DNA of 64,000 bases from NCBI RefSeq assembly GCF_009914755.1, contig NC_060930.1; one strand, written 5' to 3'. The notes beneath the pieces were generated by a model, which saw only the letters and a list, made by a program, of their open reading frames with translations, was not told the DNA's origin and searched no databases. This document shows positions 1-64,000 of this stretch, piece after piece (the stretch's first letter is position 1; every line of letters starts with the position of its first letter). A program made the translations under genes and the position numbers. Source of the stretch: the human T2T-CHM13v2.0 reference genome, Homo sapiens.

Positions 1-2630
1 CTGTGCCAAGGTGCACCAGCTATATGCCACCCCTGCTGCCATGTCTGATTCCTCTAGTAGAGCCAAGAAAGGTAAGAGGGAGACTAGGGAACAAGAGGCT
101 GGGGAAGTAAAGGCAGAAAGAGGGGTCACAGGTTCTCCTTGTCCCTCCCTCATGGTGCTGTCATCCCAGCCTCCCCGCTGCCTCTCGGAGCTCCCTTCCC
201 ATGCCTTGTGCCCTGAACAAAGCAGTCTTGCTTGCCAGCTGCAGCTGCGTTCTGGAGGCTGATGGAACCAAGGGGATCTGGTCTGTATTCCATGTGATCA
301 TCCCACACTTGACAATGGGCAGGGGACCCCAGGGATTCCACCCCTACCTGCCTGAAGAGTTGGTGCTTTACTAACCCTAATGGTCAGAAACCAGGGCTTT
401 GTCTTACTCACTCTCTGCCATTGGCTATCAAGTCCCAGGGGAACCCCAAAGTCCCCCTTCCACTCTGTTTTACTCTAATGCTAACCTACTCCAGGTCTTT
501 GCTGCCATGTCCCTGGATTGCTGTGCTAGCCTGCTGGCTGCTTCTCCTACCCTCAGCCTCTAGGATGGTTCTCTTTTTCCTTACAAAGGTTCTTGATTGC
601 TTATTAATTGCTAGTAGTCAAGATTTCCATCAGTATTTTTTGACTGATTAATAAGGACCCCTCTTTCCTCCTTTTCCATGAGAATAGGTCATTTCCCAAA
701 TGGTCAAGAAATATTTATTGAACCCCCATGAAGCACAAGGCTTTTATTGGCTATGGAAATGGGGATGGCTGTCAAAGAAGCAGGAGACACAGCTCCTGCC
801 CTCCAGGAGCCCTCACGACATTTATGAGAGCCAGCAGCAAAAAGATAACCAGTAATACAACGGCAATCTTCCATAATGTGTTATTTGAGGCTTTTCTGGG
901 CCTATTAAAAATTCTGTCACAAAGTTTATAAAGAAAGAGAAAATGGAGCTGGTAAAAAATTCTAGAATGACAGTTAAAATAGAGCATGATGTATGAGAGG
1001 CCAGATGAGATTATACTAAATTATTAGCTAGGACTTAGGAAATAAAGCAGTGTTCTCTAGAAGTTACCCTGAGTTCACTAGGAACAAATTATGCCACATT
1101 TATATTGTTCTCTCTTTTGATAAGATTCTAGAGCTTGGTTCAAAGGAGTGTCATAGATTTAGCATATCTTGAGTTCTACAGGGCTTTAGGGGAAATCTCT
1201 CATGTTGACTTTATAGAAAAGAGGGCTAGATGAGAGCATAGTTACATAGATTTAGAGCTGGTTGAAGGACTGTCCCCTGAGAGTATTGATGAAACTTCCC
1301 TGGCATTCCTAGATCAGATTTTTGTGTCATTAGGGTCTGTGTCCTTGATGTGGTCAACATTTTTAGCAAAGATGTGCGTGATGACCACAGAGGCATTCTA
1401 ATCTGTTAATAATCTGAGTCCAGGAGAAATAGCTAAGAATCAGAATTCTAAAATATCTTGACTGCAAACCGATGATACTCAACAGGGATAAAAACAGAAT
1501 TCCATATTTATGGCCAAAAAATTAAGATCTATAAGTATGGGATGGGGAGAATCTTGGCTGGGTAGCAGTTTGGTGCATAAGCTATGGTCTCTCTACTGAA
1601 CCCCCCTAGGTTGTCAGGAACGAGTGGTTGAGGATGATTCTGCCTCTCAGGAGGCATGTGTACTGGTTGTTGGATTGAATTGATCTAGAGGCCATGTGGC
1701 ACCAATGACAGGGGTAGCGTTCTTTCTCAAGCTGGTCATCATTGACCTAGGCTTTCCTAGTGGCGAGCCAAAGCCTTGACCCTTTCTGTCCAATGACTAC
1801 TCAGCTGTTAAACGTCCATCAGTTCTGGTCTCTGGACAGAACAGTGTTCTCTGTGGTTGGCTGGTATGAAAAGAAAATCTGAGCAGATTTCTTCTGAAAA
1901 TCTGAGCAAATGTCAAATACCATTCCAATGATCAGTCCTATTTCTGTACCCAGGCTTCGCTCTGACTCCCCTGGGTAACTCTCTGAGGACAACTGGCCGC
2001 CTCCTTCTAGAAGGATCAGTGAACCACTGCCTGTTGCTATTTCACATTCATCCAAACATGCCTGTACAGAAAACTGAGCACAAAACTGTACAAGCCTCTG
2101 TAGTCTTCCGTCTTCCTCCTGCTCTGGAGACCCAGGCTGCAGGAGCTATGCCACATCATTAGCTCAGTGTTTCCTCTGCCAGCCTTCTTCAACTCTTTCC
2201 TCCCCATTGGTCCATGCCTTTAAATCAGTTATCCCCAGACCCGGAAATGAATCAAGTGAGTAAGTGAGCCTTGCTGGAAGCTGATCTTACGGAAGACAGG
2301 GAATAGGAGCCCGTCCACACATTTATGGAAAGTCAGCTCTGGTCACATGGAAGTCACATTCAGTGACCCCAGCCTTTGTCCTTCTCTGAGGGCAAGGAAG
2401 GGGAATATGAAAGTGTCTTGGCAGATAACACTCAGAGGACATGGTGGGGAGGATATGTAAATGCCTCCAGGTGGGAAGAGCTGGAGGGAACAGAGGGATG
2501 CTGTGGGAGGAGGGGCGACAGCGGGGTGGGTGGGGCTTTGCTATTGGGTTGAGGGCTCCCAGCAACCTGTGGGACAGAGGTTATGAAGGCAGAGTGACCT
2601 CTGCCCTGGCCTATCTGACTGTATGCCTGA

Positions 2631-48462
<45,832 letters not shown>

Positions 48463-50709
48463 CCTGGGGAACTAGCCACACAGGAGGCCGGGAGACAGGG
48501 ACTGGTGAGAATGGGGCTGAGTGGAGGAGGTGGTGATATTTAAACCATTTGGTGCTTGGTTTAGAGCCTTGGGCTGGGTCCTGGGATGGGGGGCTGTGTG
48601 AGGCTGGACCAGGTGTCTCCCCACGCTTACCTTAAGGGGCTCCTCTTATCTCCCCTTCACACGATTCCTTCTGTGCCCTGGCCCCAGGTATTATTCTGAG
48701 GCTGCCTTGGATGGCCTCAGGCCAGGTAACCCCAGGCTGAAGGGGCCCTGCTCCCCATCCCCTACCATGGGCACCCATGTGCTGGCACAGAACAGTTCCA
48801 GATCTAGACTGGAGAGGTCCACAGCCTTGTCCAGAGTTCCTGTGTAGCACGGGGAGCAATGATGGAGGGAGCCCCTGAGAGGGAATCTGGTGAGGGAATC
48901 CAGACTCCCTTCTCTCAAGGGGAGGCTCAACAGAACATTGACCTGGGGGCAAACTTTCCTCTTGAATGGGAACAGAGGAGGCATTATATATTCTAGTTAG
49001 ATCAGCTCTGGTAGGTTCCAGAGAACAGTCAATGTTGGAAGGATGATGCAGGGACCAAAGCCATCAGGACAGAGTAGCAGTGTCTGTTTCCCATGTCACA
49101 AGTCCTCTGGCCTCTCCCTGCATGTCTTAAGTATCTTTCCCTTCCTTCTCTACCCTCACCTCCATCCTGTCTACTAATCCACAGTCCTAGAAGACTCACC
49201 TTGGGTTTCCACAGCTATGGCTCACTACCAGGTGCTTGATGAATCTGGCGAGGGGCTCAAGACAGACCTCATGCATCACCACACCTCATGCCTTTTGGGC
49301 ATCTCCCATGTCCCCATCTCCTGGACACCTGGCCATTGTTGTGAAGCCAGACAGTGACCTCAAATGTTGCCTTGGAGTCCCCTACAGCCCCTCAGCAGAG
49401 GGCAGCACTTGAATGCTTAGCTCCATCCCATAGTTCTCTACTTCATATAAATTGCTCAGGCCCTCCCACCCCTTCTCTAACACTAGCTTCAAGGCAGAAG
49501 CCACAGCAGCCTCTGTCCAGCCTGCAGGTGGCCACTTGGAACCATGTGTCCACTGGCGTTGGGGAGTTGGTTCCTGAGAGGTCTGAGGGCCAGAGCTGCC
49601 CTCTACATTAACATGCTGTCTCTAAGGGTGGCCCCTCCTCTCAGGCGTTCAGATGGTGCGAACAGCAGAGCAGGCAAGGGAAACTGGGGAGATGGGGATG
49701 GAGGAGGAAGGCTGATATCCTCTGGGGAGCACATCACCTGAAGGTGCCAAGGAGGAAGGCTGAGAGGGGGGCCACCCCATTTCTGGTACCCAATTTGGTT
49801 CTTCAGCCCAACTTGCAAGGGGTTCCTTCTGGTCCTCCCATCCACTGCCACCTTCCATTTTGTCCATCTCATGCTGGCCTTGGTGGATGGGATGGCTGTA
49901 TCTAGACAAAATTTTTCTAAAACTCCATCAAGGCTCTTATTCAATACCACGTTCCGAGTTGGCCTTTCATCTTCTTTGAGACTGGCCCTGCCTAACCTCT
50001 ACCATCAATGAGCTCTTGGCCCTTCTGCCCTTCCCTGTGTTTCTCACTTTCCAACCTAATCCCTGGCTCAGGGTTATTGCCAGTGGAGACTGGTGAGCTG
50101 GGCCTACTCTCAGCTGCCTATCTTCTGCCTTTCACTTGCATCCAACTCCTGGGGCTGGGACCGTAGTAGCTGCGGGGGGGAAGAAACACAGGGTCGGTGA
50201 GCCCAGCATGTGCGTTGGTTTGAGGGGGCGGGCGGTGTGTGTGTGTTCTGGTGGGAGGGATCTGAGCAAGTGCAAGCCTGGCTGACACAGGTGTGAAGAG
50301 GCCATCCTGGAACCCAGGTGAGGGCAAGATGAAGGCTTCCAGGCAGAACAGCTGCAGAGAGTTTGGCTATATGCATCTGCAGCCCCAAGAGCTCCCACTG
50401 CAAGACAAGTGTTGGGGAAGATGGGAGGTTGTGGGTGAGGCCTCTAAAGGTCCTCTCCCAAACTGACCAGGCTGATGTCAACCTAACCCCCTCAGGGGCA
50501 GGGAACAGGGGAGGGCTCCACAAGCGTGTCTGGCATTCCCACCCACCATGGAAGACTGGATACGCACCTGGAAACAAAAGGACTATGGAAGCTGTTCAAG
50601 ATACATTTGATCTTCAGAAAAGCAGAATTTGGTTCAACTGTTGACAGAGGACACAAATACGTTGTTCCAGAGCTCAGCCTTCTCACTCTAAAAGAAAGAT
50701 ATTTTTCTA

Positions 50710-50715
50710 TTTATT
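50710..50715 (-). terminator. MOCS1: Candidate MOCS1 distal polyadenylation signal (AATAAA on minus); other candidates at 51764-51769 and 51968-51973
   Basis: TTTATT on the plus strand, downstream of the MOCS1B stop. Confidence 0.45.
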
Positions 50716-51269
50716 TTCTACATCTGGCCAGTGGCTCTGGTGCTAGATGCCACTGTAGCCAGATCTCCAACAGTGCCTTGGACCATGGACTCATACTCAA
50801 CTGAGTAAGAAGGGGCTGGTGCCCAGTCGGGGTGGCTGAGCTGGTCCTTAATAGGTTGTTTCTTGGTCTTGCTTTCTTCATGCCCTCCCCACTGCTCCTG
50901 CCACCTTTAGATAAGTTTCTCTAGCTAATTTTGTGGCCAATGTAAAATTCGTCATCAACCTAACAAACACAACCTTCTCAGCAGCATTTCTCCCCTGTGA
51001 TGGAAATAAAGTGTTTAGGGCAGTGGGAGGAGAAAATTCTCCAGGTGAATGGGGAAGGGTCTGTTCCAGCCTCTCCCTACTCCCATCCCATTTCCACCAA
51101 CTGGGGAACTGTGACTATCTATCTCCCCCGACTTCTACCAGGGATGCCTTCACGCCAAGGCTGTTCTCACCAGCTGCCTCAGATGACAAATGAGGCTAAT
51201 GGACATAATCTACAGTGTCCTTTTTCACTTGCACCTTTTTTATAAGAATATATTGTAATACTAAAAAAT

Positions 51270-51275
51270 ATTAAA
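51270..51275 (+). terminator. DAAM2: Probable DAAM2 distal polyadenylation signal (ATTAAA); alternative AATAAA at 51005-51010
   Basis: ATTAAA after an AU-rich stretch containing a TGTA element, with GT/T-rich sequence downstream. Confidence 0.6.
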
Positions 51276-52781
51276 TTCATACCATCCCTACCCAGTCTGC
51301 CTTTAAACTTGTGCCTTCTTCCTATGAGGGGATCTGGGGTGGGCTGAGAGTGTGCTGGAGCCAGCTTGTACCAGCTCTGTGAGAACCAATTGTTTACATT
51401 TTCAGAAATTTTGCAAGCCATTTGACATACTGGTAGCTTGAAATTATTCAACATGGGAGTATTTATATCACAAATTGTCTTTTCCAGAGAGCTGGTTGTT
51501 TAATATTTGCCAGCACACCTTGGCATAGGGCAGAGGGGAGGCAGGCAGGGGGCACCACTGAGGACTCAAAGACATCCAAGTTAGAGAGCCCAGCAGGCCA
51601 GAACTGTGTGTGTTTGGGATGTGAGAACCAGGAGCCTCTAATTAATTGCCCTCTCTGATCTCTCTAATAGCTGGTAATGCAAGCAATGAGCTTTGAACAC
51701 CCCTGGCCACCACCTGACAAAAGATTTCCCTTAGATGGTGCATTTCTATGCCCCCTACTCCACTTTATTTTCCCATAGCGGGGCTATACAGAGAGTACAC
51801 CCTTAGGCCTTTCCAGGTCCCTCCTCTTCTTCCCTCAGGGAACTGTGTCTTGGGATAGGATTGATTGATTGATTGATAGGTGCAGCCTTCCCTGTGAAAC
51901 TGCAGCAGCTCAGTGCCCTACCCACACAGTGTCTTCATTCTTGCATCTGCAAAGTTGGCATCGTAGCTTTATTTGTGCGCTGTGAGGGTGAAGGCAATCT
52001 ATCATCAACTTTTCTTTCCCTGATATGCTCCAGAATAAAGAGGGGTGGGTGGAACAGCCGTGAACAGGGCCAGGTGTGGGCTGTGTGGTCTGGCAGGAGT
52101 CCTTAGGGCTATGGCCCATGTGTGCACATCCTGTTTCAGAAGAGGGGGGCCAGAGGAAAAGGGGCCAGCAGGACCGGGCAACTGTTAAGCTGAAAGGCTG
52201 CAAGTCTGATGGGACACAGACTTGGGCAGAAGGAGAGATGAAGTCAGGACAGGACAGGACAGGGCAGGGCTGCGGCTTCACAGACTTAGGGAGGCAGAGC
52301 TGCCGGGGAGAAGTTGGGATCCATTCTTCAGGCAAGCTTGTGCTTTGCTCTCCTCAAAGTGGGCTCCTCTGCTTAATGAGCGCTTAATCTCTCCCCAGGA
52401 AAGCAGGAGAAGAGAAAACCCAAAATGAGAAGGAAAAGTTCTGGGCTGGACTGTCGGAACCTGGTTGTCTGAAATAGTCCACAAAGAACATGATTTCTCA
52501 GTTATCTGGCATTGCTTGTTGCAGTCCCGCTCCCACGACCTTAGTGTCCTGGAAGGCTTAAGGGCCTGCTGGTATCCTCCCTATAGAAAGGAAGCCCCAT
52601 TGGTCATTAGAGATCATCTAGCAGCAGGCCTGTTTGTTAGTAGTAGAGCAGGCTGACTTCGGGTTTACTGCTCAAGGTAAACAAACAGTGACTGTGATTA
52701 AAGGAACCTGACGTCTTTCCCTCAGCCTACATTGCATCCCAGCTCCAGGCCTGGGTGGGCCATGGGTGAGAAGGGCAGGTG

Positions 52782-62746
<9,965 letters not shown>

Positions 62747-63493
62747 CTATATTAACCAGGCCTAACTTAAAAAGAAAGCTAAGAATCAAAACTGACAAAA
62801 ACAACCAAAAGATTAAGCATTGAGTGCTCTGTGCTAGGTGCTCTGCTGAGGGCTTTGCATACATTAGCTCATTGAAGCCTCACAATAACAATTATCTCAT
62901 TTAGTAGGTAAGGAAAGAGGTGCTCTGAAAGATTATGAAAATTGCTTAATCTCACACAGTAAGAAGAGCTGGCATTTAAATCCATGTGTACTTGACTCAG
63001 GACTCTGCTCTTAACAACCAAGTACTACACAGGTCTTGATACTCTGTATAATGGAAACAAAAGTGTTTGAATTAAGTGCTATTTGACAGCTCCATTCTAC
63101 CAAATATCCCTAGAAATAATGGAAGGATTTTAAAAATCCATAATAGCATTGGAAGGTAAGAAAGAATGCCGTAGATAGCCCAGAAAGGTAAATTAGTACT
63201 GAAAGAGAGAAAGCAGATGGAACCGACCAGACGGATAGAGACCACAGCTCAAAGTGCACCCAGGAGAAGGTTCTGTAAAAACAGGGAGTGACTAGTGTGC
63301 ACGCAGCTTAGTAGTCACATGTACAGGAGCAGAGGGGTCCTACTACATGTCAGGGAGGTTGTCTAAGAGGGGAGTTATATTTGAAGGAGCTGGACAGGTT
63401 GGCCTCATCCTTCCCTGTCGGCACGGGAAGGCAGCAGAAGCATTTGCCTCAAGGATAGAGCACCAGTGCAGACACTTAAGCCAGCCATGGGGC

Positions 63494-63862
63494 TGTATTA
63501 GTTCCTTCTCATGCTGCTAATAAAGAAATACCTGAGACTGGGTAATTTATAAAGAAAAGAGGTTTCATTGACTCACAGTTCAGCATGGTTAGGGAGGCCT
63601 CAGGAAACTTACAATCATGGCAGAAGAGGAAGCAAACACGTCCTTCTTCACATGGCAGCAGCAAGAAATGTTGAGCAAAACAGGAAAAGCCCCTTATAAA
63701 AATCATCAGATCTCGTCAAAACTCACTATCATGAGAACAGCATGAGGGTAACCACCCCCATTATTAAATTACCTCCTACTGGGTCCCTCCCATGACACGT
63801 GGGGATTATGGGAACTACAATTCAAGAAGAGATTTGGGTGGGGACACAGCCAAACCATTTCG
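63494..63862 (-). mobile_element. THE1 (MaLR) solo LTR
   Basis: tgtattagt...gagactgggtaatttataaagaaaagagg...gggacacagccaaacca; 5-bp TSD ggggc. Confidence 0.9.
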
Positions 63863-64000
63863 GGGGCAAGGCCTGAGTCCTGGTGACACTCAGCAGTACC
63901 TCACACCCCTTCTCCACAACCTTGGAGCAACCCAAACAGAAACACAACACAAACAACATTGCCGGGCAGGCCAACAGAGACCTCAGGCACTAAGATGAGT

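Overview
Mammalian genomic DNA, recognised as human from the Alu content and the encoded proteins (DAAM2/MOCS1 locus). Plus strand: all 24 coding exons of the formin DAAM2 (ATG 2715 to TGA 48462; hand-spliced exon lengths sum to 3207 nt = 1068 aa; all introns GT-AG), followed by a ~2.8 kb 3'UTR. Minus strand, convergent: the 3' eight exons of MOCS1 (molybdenum cofactor biosynthesis; MoaA-like MOCS1A and MoaC-like MOCS1B) with its known bicistronic/no-nonsense splicing layout. Introns carry Alu, L1, L2/MIR, LTR and DNA-transposon remnants; subfamily names are from recalled consensus sequences, not a RepeatMasker run. I found no new gene or new multi-gene system. The most interesting signals are at the splicing level: a 27-nt in-frame FH2-linker microexon; an adjacent apparently dead exon (frameshift plus GT>GA donor); a 106-bp copy of the exon-9 donor region inside an LTR that creates a potential poison microexon; an intronic polyadenylation read-through after a weak donor; a stop-free in-frame intron; a VNTR abutting the MOCS1 switch-exon acceptor; and potentially overlapping 3'UTRs. 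Exon numbers follow my recollection of the usual numbering.
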